Shown here one piece after another: positions 28,765-39,180 of a stretch of 64,000 bases of DNA. Source of the stretch: a candidate division WWE3 bacterium (GTDB lineage: Bacteria > Patescibacteriota > WWE3 > UBA101185 > UBA10185). The notes below the pieces were generated by a model. It was not told the DNA's origin. It was given only the letters and a program-made list of their open reading frames with translations, and made no database searches. Positions within the stretch are counted from its first letter, which is position 1, and each line of letters opens with the position of its first letter. A program made the position numbers and the translations under genes. The stretch covers positions 25,586 through 89,585 of the forward strand of contig JAAZNV010000007.1 of the NCBI GenBank assembly GCA_012798115.1, written 5' to 3'.

Positions 28765-29085
28765 TTAATTCTTTTTAAGAAGAATGTATTCGTTCTTCTT
28801 TAATCCTTCTTTTAATACTTGAGACACAGTAAAGATTCCACAGCTTTCATAAAAACCTTTAAGCTTCTTAGACTTCTTTTTTAAGATGACTTCTTGATTG
28901 ACTTCCAGTCTTGAAGTCATAAATACTTGAACTTTTTTCTTACTAAAAAATGATGCACAACCTGACCATATTGTGTGTCCATTCAAATCTTCAATTTTTG
29001 CTTCTATTTTCACAGAAGGAGTGTTTGGCATATCTGATCTATATGGTTGTTCGCTCTTTTTGAATCTTCGTGCTCTGTTACTCAT
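28765..29085 (-). CDS. Hypothetical protein
   Basis: SD AAGGAGAG; hairpin downstream near 28726-28758. Confidence 0.55.
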   Translation of the reverse strand: MSNRARRFKKSEQPYRSDMPNTPSVKIEAKIEDLNGHTIWSGCASFFSKKKVQVFMTSRLEVNQEVILKKKSKKLKGFYESCGIFTVSQVLKEGLKKNEYILLKKN

Positions 29086-29191
29086 TTATTCTCTCCTTTA
29101 ATAAGTAATTTGTCATAGCATTGTACTATAAGGTGGTGCATTAATCAAGTTGTTAGTAAAGCATAATGTGTCAGTTTGATATAATAAGTTA

Positions 29192-31921
29192 ATGTCAAAA
29201 TTTTCTAATCAAGGATATACTTCCTTTCAAAGGTTAAAGAAAGATAGGTCTGTATTTGGAGTAGCAAAGAAAATTTTTCTTTTTATCAAGTCTGTAATAG
29301 TTAAAATAGCGTCAAAAATAGTGTCTATTCTGCCTGAGCCTAAAACAATGTCCCCTATTCAAAGGAAAAAGAGGTTGTATAGGTTAACATACGCCTCCTC
29401 AGTTGTTTTAACTGTCATAGTTGCTGGTTTGCTTATGTTAATAGTTGTCTTTGCGATCTTCTCTAGAGACCTTCCTAACCCAAACCAGCTTCTTGAAAGA
29501 AGTTTTGAGTTATCAACAAGATTTTATGATAAAAATGGAGAGCTTTTATATGAAGTGTATGGTGATAAAAACAGAACATTAGTAAAGCTTGAAAATGTGT
29601 CCTCTTATGTTGTCCAAGCTACATTATCTGCAGAAGATTCTGAGTTTTATCTTCATAAAGGTTACTCAATAAGAGGAATAATGAGAGCATTAAAAAACAC
29701 ATTCTTTGGAGGTAGCCTTCAAGGAGGTTCTACTTTAACTCAACAAGCAATTAAAAATACTCTTTTAACTCAAGAAAGAACAGTAGTTAGAAAGATAAAA
29801 GAATTAATTTTATCTCTTCAACTAGAAGGAAGATACACTAAAGATGAAATACTTCAAATGTATCTAAATGAAAGCCCTTATGGAGGTTTAAATTATGGAA
29901 TTTATTCTGCTTCCAAAGCTTACTTTAACAAAGAACCAAAAGATTTAACTATGGCTGAATCAGCTTATCTTGCTGGTCTTACTCAAAGTCCTACTTATTA
30001 CTCTCAGTTTGGATCAAGTCCAGAAGCTGGGATAGAAAGAAAAAACTATGTTTTATACTTGATGAAAGAAAGAGGATGGGTTGAAAAAGATGGAAAAAGA
30101 CATTACATAACAGAAGAACAATATGAACAAGCTAAAAGTGAAAACTTAAAGTTTGATACTGCAAGAGTTCCAATTGAAGCTCCTCATTTTGTTTATTATG
30201 TTAGGCAGTATCTTACTAATATTTTAGGTCAAGAAGCAGTTGAAATGGGAGGTTTGAAAGTGAAAACAACTCTTGATTTAAACGTGCAAAGATTAGCTCA
30301 AGAAATTGTTACTGATGAGCTTGATGCATCAGAAAATTTAAATGTTTATAACGGGGGGATGATTGTCCTTGATCCAAAAACCGGAGGAATACTAGCCATG
30401 GTTGGGTCAAAAGGCTACAATCTTGATCCTGAACCAGAAAACTGTATTTCTGGGGGAACTGGAGAAAATAGTTGTAAGTTTGATCCTTACGTTAATGTTA
30501 CTCTTGTTAGTAGACAACCAGGATCTGCAATAAAGCCTATAACTTATGCTACTATGCTTTCTCAAGGTTACACTGCTGCTTATCCGCTTCTTGATGTTCC
30601 AACAAAGTTTGAAGGATCTGCTCCTGATGAGCCTTATGTTCCAGAAAACTATGATGGGAAGTTCAGAGGAATTGTTTCCTTAAGAAAGGCATTAGGAAAT
30701 TCTTTAAACATTCCAGCTGTTAAGGCATTAAAGATAGTAGGAATTGGAAATATGATAGATCAAGCAGAAAAGATGGGAATAACTACATTTAAAGATAGAT
30801 CAAGATATGGTCTTGCATTAACTTTAGGAGGGGGGGAGACGAAACTTTTAGAGTTAACAGGAGCGTTTAGTGTATTTGCTGCAGAAGGAATTTATAGGGA
30901 ACCTACTCCTATCATTGAGGTTACCGATCAACAAGGAAATGTTGTTTATAAACCATCGCAAGTGGAAAAGAGAGCCTTAAGTGAAGAAGTTGCATTTTTA
31001 ATATCAGATATTTTATCTGATGATGGTGCAAGGTCCGATGTGTTTGGGGCAGGAAGCCTTTTAAATATTCCTGGAAAGCAGGTGGCAGTAAAAACAGGAA
31101 CCACGGATGATAAAAGGGATAACTATGCAATAGGTTATACCCCATCTGTTGTTGCTGGAGTGTGGGTTGGAAATAGCAATAACGAAAAGATGAATCCATA
31201 TATTGCATCCGGTATCTCTGGAGCATCTCCAATTTGGAATAAATTCATGACAGAGTATTTAAAAGACAAGAAAAATGAAAAATTTGAAACTCCAAAAACC
31301 GTTAAGAAAATAGAAGTGGATAAAATCACTGGTGGTCTTCCCTATAAAGACAATGAAAAAAGGTCTGAGTGGTTTGCAGAAAATACAGAACCAACTGCAG
31401 TGTCTGATTGGTACCAAAGGATTCAAATATGCAAAATTGATGGAAGGATAGCTAATGAAGGTTGTAAAGATGCAGATAAGACAGAAACAAAAGATTTTAT
31501 TAGAGTTAAAGCAGAGTATCCTTATTGGCAGAGTGCTGTGGATTCTTGGATTAAAGATAATTACAACAATGATAAAAAGTACTTTCCTCCTCTTATGACA
31601 TCCAAACTTGAATTTGATGGAGATGAAGTTAAAAATAAAAGTGATGTAAATGTAGAAATTGTTGGTGTTGATGATGAGGATTCTGTTTATCTTAACTTTA
31701 GGTTAAACGCTGAAGTTTCTTGTTATTATGACGTAGAAAAAGTTACTTTTTATATGGACGGAGAAAAGATTGGAGAAGATAGTAAATCTCCATATGGCTA
31801 TAACCTTGAGCTTAAATCAAGCGATATTGGGACTCATACATTTAAAGTTACTGCTAGAGATGAAAAGGATAATAAAGGAGAATATGAAGTAAAGCTGAAT
31901 GTTGTTGGTTATGCTAATTAA
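29192..31921 (+). CDS. Class A penicillin-binding protein with C-terminal Ig-like domain
   Basis: AEDSEFY.H.G, QGGSTLTQQ, RKIKE; SAIK (SxxK), SLN, KTGT. Confidence 0.95.
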   Translation: MSKFSNQGYTSFQRLKKDRSVFGVAKKIFLFIKSVIVKIASKIVSILPEPKTMSPIQRKKRLYRLTYASSVVLTVIVAGLLMLIVVFAIFSRDLPNPNQLLERSFELSTRFYDKNGELLYEVYGDKNRTLVKLENVSSYVVQATLSAEDSEFYLHKGYSIRGIMRALKNTFFGGSLQGGSTLTQQAIKNTLLTQERTVVRKIKELILSLQLEGRYTKDEILQMYLNESPYGGLNYGIYSASKAYFNKEPKDLTMAESAYLAGLTQSPTYYSQFGSSPEAGIERKNYVLYLMKERGWVEKDGKRHYITEEQYEQAKSENLKFDTARVPIEAPHFVYYVRQYLTNILGQEAVEMGGLKVKTTLDLNVQRLAQEIVTDELDASENLNVYNGGMIVLDPKTGGILAMVGSKGYNLDPEPENCISGGTGENSCKFDPYVNVTLVSRQPGSAIKPITYATMLSQGYTAAYPLLDVPTKFEGSAPDEPYVPENYDGKFRGIVSLRKALGNSLNIPAVKALKIVGIGNMIDQAEKMGITTFKDRSRYGLALTLGGGETKLLELTGAFSVFAAEGIYREPTPIIEVTDQQGNVVYKPSQVEKRALSEEVAFLISDILSDDGARSDVFGAGSLLNIPGKQVAVKTGTTDDKRDNYAIGYTPSVVAGVWVGNSNNEKMNPYIASGISGASPIWNKFMTEYLKDKKNEKFETPKTVKKIEVDKITGGLPYKDNEKRSEWFAENTEPTAVSDWYQRIQICKIDGRIANEGCKDADKTETKDFIRVKAEYPYWQSAVDSWIKDNYNNDKKYFPPLMTSKLEFDGDEVKNKSDVNVEIVGVDDEDSVYLNFRLNAEVSCYYDVEKVTFYMDGEKIGEDSKSPYGYNLELKSSDIGTHTFKVTARDEKDNKGEYEVKLNVVGYAN

Positions 31922-31971
31922 AGCTTTTTCTTGGCACTTTTTCCTATAACTGATATATTTGTATATAGTCT

Positions 31972-33009
31972 ATGAACGATTCCCTAAATTTAGAAAATAT
32001 TAAGAAAGAACTAGAAGAAAAGCTTAGAAAAGTTTCAAGTGAACAAGATTTGCTTAATATTCAAATTGAATACTTTGGCAAGAAAGGAATATTAAGACAA
32101 CTATTCTCAAAAGTGTTGGAAGTTCCTGTTGAACAAAGAAAAGATCTTGGTGAAAAGATAAATAATTTAAAAAAAGAAGCAGAAAGAGTAACCTCTGAAA
32201 GAAGAGCTAAGATAACGGGTGTAGAAGCAGTTGAAAATACAGATTTATATGACTCTTTACCTGGCAGAAAACCTGAAATTGGACACATACATATTATTTC
32301 TCAAGCAATAAATGAAATTGTTGATATATTTAAGCCTCTTGGTTTTACAAGAGTAAGGTATCCAGAGGTTGAATGGGAATACTATGCCTTTGAAGCTTTA
32401 AATATGCCACTTACTCATCCTGCAAGAGATGAGTGGGAAACATTCTTTATTAATGCTGCTCCTGATAAAAAATATGGAAGAATGGTAGTTACTCCTCATA
32501 CTTCAAGTGGGCAAGTAAGAGAGATGTTGAAAGGAAATCTTCCAATAAGAATGTTAAATATTTCAAGATGCGGAAGAAGGCAAATTGATATCAGTCATGT
32601 TCCAAGCTTTTATCAATTTGAAGGTCTTGTTGTTGATAAGGAAATAAGCACAACTCATTTAAAAGGAGTTCTTGATTACTTTGCTTCTAACTTCTTTGGA
32701 GAAGATAGAAAAACAAGACTTAGGCCATATCACTTTAGATTTACAGAACCAAGTTTTGAGGTAGATATAGATTGTGGAATATGTCATGGAAAAGGTTGTA
32801 AACTTTGCAAGGAAGGGTGGCTTGAACTTGGTGGTGCAGGTATGGTTCATCCAAATGTGCTTAAAGCTGGAGGAATTGATTCTAAAGAATATACAGGTTT
32901 TGCATTTGGGTGGGGCGTGGAGAGAACGTATATGATGAAATCAGGGACAAAGATTGACGACATTAGGTACTTGTTTGGAAATGATTTGAGATTTCTGGAG
33001 CAATTTTAA
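31972..33009 (+). CDS. pheS: Phenylalanine--tRNA ligase alpha subunit
   Basis: HPARD, HTSSGQ, FRFTEPSFE, GFAFGWGVER. Confidence 0.97.
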   Translation: MNDSLNLENIKKELEEKLRKVSSEQDLLNIQIEYFGKKGILRQLFSKVLEVPVEQRKDLGEKINNLKKEAERVTSERRAKITGVEAVENTDLYDSLPGRKPEIGHIHIISQAINEIVDIFKPLGFTRVRYPEVEWEYYAFEALNMPLTHPARDEWETFFINAAPDKKYGRMVVTPHTSSGQVREMLKGNLPIRMLNISRCGRRQIDISHVPSFYQFEGLVVDKEISTTHLKGVLDYFASNFFGEDRKTRLRPYHFRFTEPSFEVDIDCGICHGKGCKLCKEGWLELGGAGMVHPNVLKAGGIDSKEYTGFAFGWGVERTYMMKSGTKIDDIRYLFGNDLRFLEQF

Positions 33010-33010
33010 T

Positions 33011-34876
33011 ATGAATGTATTAATACCCTACTCTTGGATAAAAGATTATATTAAAACAAATGCTAAAGCAGAAAATGTTGCAAAAGCACTGTCTTTACAT
33101 GCTTTTAGCGTTGAAAAGATAAATAAAATAAAAGGAGATGATGTGTTTGAAGTGGAAGTTACTCCAAACCGTGGGGATGCACTGTCTGTTTTAGGAGTAG
33201 CTAGAGAATTAAAGGCTGTTCTTCCAAGAAGTGGCTTTAAGTGTGAATGGATGCAAAAGGATGTTAAAATTCCTCAGTTTGAGGATAAAGATAAGCTTGA
33301 TGTTATTATTAAGGATAAAAGTCTTGTTCCTAGGTTTTGTGCTGTTGTTCTTGAAAATGTTAAAGTTGGCAAATCCCCTAAAGTTATTGAAGAAAGATTA
33401 GAAAAAGTAGGAATTAGAGCACTTGGAAATGTTATTGATGTTACAAACTATATGATGATGGACAAAGGGCAACCAATGCATGCTTTTGATTATGATAAGA
33501 TTCTAGGGCATAAAATGATTGTTAGAGAATCTAAACATGATGAAGTGATAACAACATTAGATGGTGTAGAAAGAAAGCTTCCAAGTGGGGTTATTGTTAT
33601 TGAAGATGGAGAAGGAAGACTTATTGATTTGTGTGGAATCATGGGTGCAAAAAACAGCGAAGTTGATGAAAATACCAATAAGGTGCTTCTTTTTGTTCAA
33701 GTATATGACCCAGTAAGGATAAGAAGAGCATCTATGAGTTTAGGGCATAGAACTGATGCAGCTTTAAGGTTTGAAAAAGGCATTGATTATGAAGGAGTTT
33801 TATCTTCTTTATTTGAAGCTTCTGAGATGATTTGTGGATTATCTGGTTCCAATGTTTCTTCTAACTTAATTGATATTGTTAATGAAGAAAGAAAACTAAA
33901 GAGTGTTGCTGTTGACTATGAGAAGATAAATAGAATAGCAGGAGTGGAGATTAGCAAGGAAGTTGTTAATCAAACTTTAAGTGATTTAGGTTTTGAAAGT
34001 AAGGGTGAGTCTGTGGTTGTTCCATCATGGAGGTATGATGATGTAAGTATCACAGAAGACTTAGCAGAAGAAGTCATTAGACTTTATGGTTATTATAATC
34101 TGCCAGGAAAGCTTTTAACTGGAGAAGTTCCACTTGTTCATAAGGATTTAAGCTTTCATTGGGAAGATGTAGCAAGATTATTCTTAAAACATGATGGATT
34201 TTTTGAGTGTTATTCATACTCTGCTACATCTAAAAAAAATGTGTCTAAAGATGCCTTAGAAATAATAAACCCTTTAAATGAGGATCTTTTATTCTTAAAG
34301 ACTTCTCTTCTTCCCCAGCTCTTGGAAGTTATTGATGGCAATAAGGGGTACTCAGATAAAATCAAGCTATTTGAACTTGCTAGTGTTTATCATTCAAAAG
34401 AGGGAGATCTTCCAAACCAACCTTTAATGCTTGGTTTGGTTACTAAAGGCATAAATAAGGTTGACCTGAAAGGCATAGTGGAAGCTTTATTTGATGAAAT
34501 GGGTGTTAGTAGTTATCCTTCTTTTAATGTTATTAATCATGGTGGAGGAAGGCTTGGAGTGGAAATCAATTTTGAGGAGTTAATTAAATTGTCCTCTAAA
34601 GTTAAGACCTATACCCCACTTACTAGTTTTAATTCAATAAAAGAAGATTTAACATTTGAAGTTCCAGAAGGTATTACTTATCAGCAAGTAGAAAGAATTA
34701 TTTTATGTTCTAGCGAAAGAATTAGTAAGCTTGAATTTAAGGATATATATAAGAATGCACTTACCTTTTCCATTGAATATTTAGATAAAGAAAAGCAAAT
34801 TTCATCGGAAGATACTCAAGAAATTAGAAAAAATATATTTAAAAGCTTAGAGAATATTGGTGTTAGATTAAGATAA
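33011..34876 (+). CDS. pheT: Phenylalanine--tRNA ligase beta subunit, short form without B2 OB domain
   Basis: VTPNRGDALS, GQPMHAFD, RFEKG, VPSWR.D..EDLAEEVIR. Confidence 0.95.
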   Translation: MNVLIPYSWIKDYIKTNAKAENVAKALSLHAFSVEKINKIKGDDVFEVEVTPNRGDALSVLGVARELKAVLPRSGFKCEWMQKDVKIPQFEDKDKLDVIIKDKSLVPRFCAVVLENVKVGKSPKVIEERLEKVGIRALGNVIDVTNYMMMDKGQPMHAFDYDKILGHKMIVRESKHDEVITTLDGVERKLPSGVIVIEDGEGRLIDLCGIMGAKNSEVDENTNKVLLFVQVYDPVRIRRASMSLGHRTDAALRFEKGIDYEGVLSSLFEASEMICGLSGSNVSSNLIDIVNEERKLKSVAVDYEKINRIAGVEISKEVVNQTLSDLGFESKGESVVVPSWRYDDVSITEDLAEEVIRLYGYYNLPGKLLTGEVPLVHKDLSFHWEDVARLFLKHDGFFECYSYSATSKKNVSKDALEIINPLNEDLLFLKTSLLPQLLEVIDGNKGYSDKIKLFELASVYHSKEGDLPNQPLMLGLVTKGINKVDLKGIVEALFDEMGVSSYPSFNVINHGGGRLGVEINFEELIKLSSKVKTYTPLTSFNSIKEDLTFEVPEGITYQQVERIILCSSERISKLEFKDIYKNALTFSIEYLDKEKQISSEDTQEIRKNIFKSLENIGVRLR

Positions 34877-34878
34877 TT

Positions 34879-36171
34879 ATGCATAGTTTGAAGGACTTTG
34901 GTGTAACCAAACAAGTAAAGTATCTGGAAAACGGCTCAAAGCTTGTTTTGTTGTATAAGAAAAACACTCCTGTTTCTGCTTTTGTGGTGTTTCTTGCAGG
35001 TTCAAGAAATGATCCAAAAGGAAAAGAAGGTCTTGCTCATTTTGTAGAACATATTGTCTCTAAAAAGACTAAGAAATTTAAAAATGAAACTGAGTCTGGT
35101 TTGTATTTAGAAAAACTTGGAGCATATATTAATGCTTTTACGTGGATAGATATGTTGGGTTTTTGGATTAGTATTGGTTTAAATAAGGATTTTCCTGATG
35201 CAGTTACTTATCTTAAAGAACTAATAAAAGAATCCACGTTTGACGAAAAAGATGTCAACACGGAAAGAGGAGTTATCCTAAGGGAAATAGGAGATTATAA
35301 GGCTGATCCTAGTAGGTTCGTTTATGATATTACTTCAAGTTTGCTGCTTCAAAATACAGATGCTGGTAGATTTGTTGTTGGTACAAAGGAATCTGTTAAC
35401 AATATTAGTATAAAAGACCTCAAGGGCTTCTATAAGAATATGCTAAGACCTGATAAGATGGTTGTTGTCTTATGTGGGGATATAAAGGTTGATGGTGCTG
35501 TTGAAGAGTTTAATAAAAAGTTTTCGTTGAAGTATGAAAAGAAGCCTGAAATTGATTTAAAAGAAGATTTACCGGTTATTAGAAAAAAATTTATTGCGGT
35601 GGAAAAGTACAAGGGCATAGAACAAATTAACTTGGGTTTTGGTTTTAGAACTTGTTCTTTCTCAAATGAAGACACTATTACACTTGATGTTATAAGATCA
35701 ATACTTGCTGATGGTTTTTCATCATCTTTGTTTAAAGAACTAAGAACTAAGTATGGGTTAGTATACTCAGTTTATATGGATAATGCCTTCTTTTCCGATG
35801 CTGGATATAGTGTAGTATTTGCTTCTACCACTAAATCTAATTTGAATAAAGTGCTAGATATCATCACCTTAGAGTTTAGTAGGTTATATAACGGAAATGT
35901 TTCTCTTGAAGAAGTTAAGTTAGCAAAAGATAAGATAATTAAATCAAAATATAGACAAATGCAATCATCTGATTCTTGGGTTAATACTCAATTCATGGAA
36001 GAATTGTTTAACCCTAGAAATCCTTCTGACCTTGCTTCTTGGATGAATAAAGTAAGCAAAGTTACTAAACTTGATGTTGTTGAAGTAAGTAGAAAGTATT
36101 TTGGTAAGGGTAAATGGTATTTAGGTTTGTGTGGTGATATCGAAGAAAAAGATATCAAAGTTAATTATTAA
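34879..36171 (+). CDS. M16 (pitrilysin-family) zinc peptidase
   Basis: GSRND..GLAHFVEH (HxxEH), NAFT, ELRTKYGLVY. Confidence 0.92.
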   Translation: MHSLKDFGVTKQVKYLENGSKLVLLYKKNTPVSAFVVFLAGSRNDPKGKEGLAHFVEHIVSKKTKKFKNETESGLYLEKLGAYINAFTWIDMLGFWISIGLNKDFPDAVTYLKELIKESTFDEKDVNTERGVILREIGDYKADPSRFVYDITSSLLLQNTDAGRFVVGTKESVNNISIKDLKGFYKNMLRPDKMVVVLCGDIKVDGAVEEFNKKFSLKYEKKPEIDLKEDLPVIRKKFIAVEKYKGIEQINLGFGFRTCSFSNEDTITLDVIRSILADGFSSSLFKELRTKYGLVYSVYMDNAFFSDAGYSVVFASTTKSNLNKVLDIITLEFSRLYNGNVSLEEVKLAKDKIIKSKYRQMQSSDSWVNTQFMEELFNPRNPSDLASWMNKVSKVTKLDVVEVSRKYFGKGKWYLGLCGDIEEKDIKVNY

Positions 36172-36172
36172 G

Positions 36173-38017
36173 TTATTCTGTATATCCTTCTGCTTGTAAC
36201 CTAAACCCTTCTGCATACTTTCCATTTAACTTCATTAGCTCTTCGTGAGATCCCTCTTCAACTATTTGTCCTTCGTCTAAGACTACAATCCTATCAGCGT
36301 TTCTAACAGTAGAAAACCTATGTGAAATTATTATTACGGTTTTTCCTTCAAAGAAATCATAGATTTTGCTAAATATATTATATTCAGAGACAGCATCAAT
36401 TGAGGCTGTTGGCTCATCAAATATTACAAGGGGACTGTTTCTATAGAAAAATCTTGCAATAGCAATCTTCTGCCATTGTCCAGTGCTAGGTCTTATACCC
36501 CCTTTATATCTTTCGCTTAATATTTGGTCGAATTTATTTGGAAACTCTTGTATAAATTCCATAGCATCTGCAGTTTGGGCTGCAGTTCTCATAGCAATCT
36601 CATCTATTTCATTATCTGGTCTACCTATGCATATATTTTCTTTCACGCTGAGGTAGTCGTATCTATTAAACTCCTGGAACAATGTTCCGATATTTTGATA
36701 TAAGAAAGCAGAGTTGATGTTGTTAATGTTTACATTGTTGAATAAAAGTTCGCCTTTTGTAACTGGATAAAATCTAGCAATGAGTTTCACTAATGTAGTT
36801 TTCCCCGCACCATTATGCCCTACTATTGCTATCTCTTCGCCTGATTTAATTTTTAAGTTAAGATCCTTTATCACGAACTTGTTAGTATTCGGATACTTAA
36901 AGCTTACGTTTTTGAATTCTATTTCTGGTCCTGCTTGTAACTGTGGTATATTAATTGTTCCTTCTTTGAAAGTTGATTCCATCGTAAATAGAACGTAAGT
37001 ATCTTTTATTTGTAGGGCAAACTCGGATAAGTCATTAAAATCATAAGCCGTTCTTGAGAGTGCTGAATCAAATGTTTGTATCATTCCCATAAAAAAGGAA
37101 ACTTTTCCTATTGTTAATTGTCCTATTAAGAATTTACTAAAGAGTCTTGCATAACCAAATATAATAGCAGCATCCTTTGATATACCTATTATACTCATTA
37201 TAGAATCAGAAGTGTCGTTTATTTTTAAACTAATGTTGTTATACCACTCCCTAAATGTCTTAAACTTCAAATCTAAAAAACTAAATGCACCCGTAGAAAC
37301 TATTTCTTGTAAATCTGGGGGAGACGTTAAGTCAGCAGCAGCATTTCCAGATATTCTCATTTTATCAGTTGTTTCATACCAGAGTTTATAAGATTTTCTT
37401 CTATAAGATCTGTCAATTAAGAGGTGAGGGATGGTAATTAAAATTACAATAATTGCTACTTCGGGAATTATTGACATTAAGATAAATAAAGTACTAATTA
37501 CTTTAACAAAATCTCCAACTAAATCTATACTATCAAAGACATACGGTATAATACTTTCCAAGGAGTCGCTTGCTCTGTGTATTTTGTTGTTTACCTCTGG
37601 TTGTTCGATAGTTTGTATTCCTAAAGACTTTATTTTAGTGTAAAGTTGTCTTCTAATAAAAATTCTACTGTTTACTCTCATATGTCTATGTGATCTGTTT
37701 GATAAAACACCAATAATTGAAGAATATATAAAATATCCAAATAATAACCCAAGATATGGATACAAATCTTTAATTGATGCTCCTTCTTTTTGAACTGTGT
37801 TAATTAATATGTCTAGAGATCTAGCAAAGATTAATGTATAAAAAACATCATTAAATCTTCTGAGTATCGATAACAATAGATAAAGTACAGAGTGAAAAGG
37901 AGAACTTTTGTATAAAAGACCAAATCCCCATTTTGATATCTTTAAGGCTTCAAAGAAACTTACCTTGGTATATTCATTTGATTGATTATTAGAAGAACTG
38001 GCTTCACTTTCTGGCAT
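36173..38017 (-). CDS. ABC exporter (fused TMD-NBD)
   Basis: GHNGAGKTT, STGQWQ, DEPTA, ISHRFSTVR. Confidence 0.93.
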   Translation of the reverse strand: MPESEASSSNNQSNEYTKVSFFEALKISKWGFGLLYKSSPFHSVLYLLLSILRRFNDVFYTLIFARSLDILINTVQKEGASIKDLYPYLGLLFGYFIYSSIIGVLSNRSHRHMRVNSRIFIRRQLYTKIKSLGIQTIEQPEVNNKIHRASDSLESIIPYVFDSIDLVGDFVKVISTLFILMSIIPEVAIIVILITIPHLLIDRSYRRKSYKLWYETTDKMRISGNAAADLTSPPDLQEIVSTGAFSFLDLKFKTFREWYNNISLKINDTSDSIMSIIGISKDAAIIFGYARLFSKFLIGQLTIGKVSFFMGMIQTFDSALSRTAYDFNDLSEFALQIKDTYVLFTMESTFKEGTINIPQLQAGPEIEFKNVSFKYPNTNKFVIKDLNLKIKSGEEIAIVGHNGAGKTTLVKLIARFYPVTKGELLFNNVNINNINSAFLYQNIGTLFQEFNRYDYLSVKENICIGRPDNEIDEIAMRTAAQTADAMEFIQEFPNKFDQILSERYKGGIRPSTGQWQKIAIARFFYRNSPLVIFDEPTASIDAVSEYNIFSKIYDFFEGKTVIIISHRFSTVRNADRIVVLDEGQIVEEGSHEELMKLNGKYAEGFRLQAEGYTE

Positions 38018-38073
38018 AATATATAAATATTACTTCTAAAATTGTGGAAATTAAACAATATCTAAATGGCTAC

Positions 38074-38430
38074 TTAAAGAAATTTCTTAACCTTTTCTAC
38101 CACTTCTTTAAATCCTTTTGGGTCGTTTATAGCCATTTCAGCTAGCATTTTTCTATTGAGATCTATCTTTGCTTTCTTTAATCCTGCCATAAATCTACTG
38201 TACATAATATCATGTTTTGATAACGCAGCATTTATCCTTACTATCCAAAGTTTTTTCATATCTCTTTTCTTGTTCTTCCTGCCTTCAAAAGCATGTTCTC
38301 CAGCTCTAAGAACTGCCTCATGAGCTCTTTTTTGGAGTTTGCTTCTTGTTCCTCTATAACCTTTTGCTAAGTTTAATATCTTTTTATGTCTTCTGCGGGT
38401 TCTAACACCGCTACCTTTTGATCTTGGCAT
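38074..38430 (-). CDS. rplT: 50S ribosomal protein L20
   Basis: LAKGYRG..LWIVRINAA..YSRFM.GL..LNRKMLA. Confidence 0.97.
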   Translation of the reverse strand: MPRSKGSGVRTRRRHKKILNLAKGYRGTRSKLQKRAHEAVLRAGEHAFEGRKNKKRDMKKLWIVRINAALSKHDIMYSRFMAGLKKAKIDLNRKMLAEMAINDPKGFKEVVEKVKKFL

Positions 38431-38431
38431 A

Positions 38432-38644
38432 TTAAATTCCTCTAGAATGCTTTGCTAGTAGCTTTCTAAACTTTCTCTGGTGTCCAGAATTAGTTTGTTC
38501 TCTAAGTTTTGATTTTCTAGCCTTTCTATCAACGGTAGTTTTTACTTTTAAGTGTCCCATACCAACAAGTTTTTTCATTAGCTTACCTTTTTTTGTTACT
38601 TTTATTCTTTTTAATAATGTTTTTCTTGTTTTAAGTTTTGGCAT
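38432..38644 (-). CDS. rpmI: 50S ribosomal protein L35
   Basis: MPKLKTRK..KRIKVT..GK; start ATG 38644. Confidence 0.9.
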   Translation of the reverse strand: MPKLKTRKTLLKRIKVTKKGKLMKKLVGMGHLKVKTTVDRKARKSKLREQTNSGHQRKFRKLLAKHSRGI

Positions 38645-38645
38645 C

Positions 38646-39152
38646 TTACTTTCCTGTAAACATAACCCAAACAATGTTTCCCATTTTCTTAGGCTCACTT
38701 TCTAATTTTGCTACATCAGATAATTCTTTTTCAACCTTTTTTATTTGGTTAATAGCAACCTCAGGAAACATTGCTTCTCTACCCTTCATAACTACAGTAA
38801 TTTTAACTTTATTTCCTTCTTGTATAAACCCCCTAGCTCTTGTAACAAATCTATTTATATCCCCTTCTCCTGTAGTTGGCCCCATTCTAAACTCCTTGAT
38901 CTCAGTCTTTCTACTTTTAGCTTTAGCAGCACTTTCCTTTTTTCTTTCTTCGTACAAGAACTTGCTAAATTCTACCATTTTTGCTACTGGAGGATTAGCG
39001 TTTGGTACTACCAAAACCAAATCAAGCTCTTTTTCCCTTGCTAACTTTAAAGCTTCTCCTATCGGCAACACACCTATGTTTTCACCTTTTTCAGAAATAA
39101 CTCTAATTTTATCGTTTTTTATTTGCTCGTTTTTGATGTACCAGTTTGGTAT
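38646..39152 (-). CDS. infC: Translation initiation factor IF-3, non-canonical AUA start
   Basis: The frame is open upstream of the ORF-track start (KNEQIKNDKIRVI). GAGGAGG SD lies 8 nt before ATA at 39152. DLVLVVPNANPPVAK motif. Confidence 0.92.
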   Translation of the reverse strand: MPNWYIKNEQIKNDKIRVISEKGENIGVLPIGEALKLAREKELDLVLVVPNANPPVAKMVEFSKFLYEERKKESAAKAKSRKTEIKEFRMGPTTGEGDINRFVTRARGFIQEGNKVKITVVMKGREAMFPEVAINQIKKVEKELSDVAKLESEPKKMGNIVWVMFTGK

Positions 39153-39180
39153 ACGAAATTCCTCCTCAAACCTTGATAAC

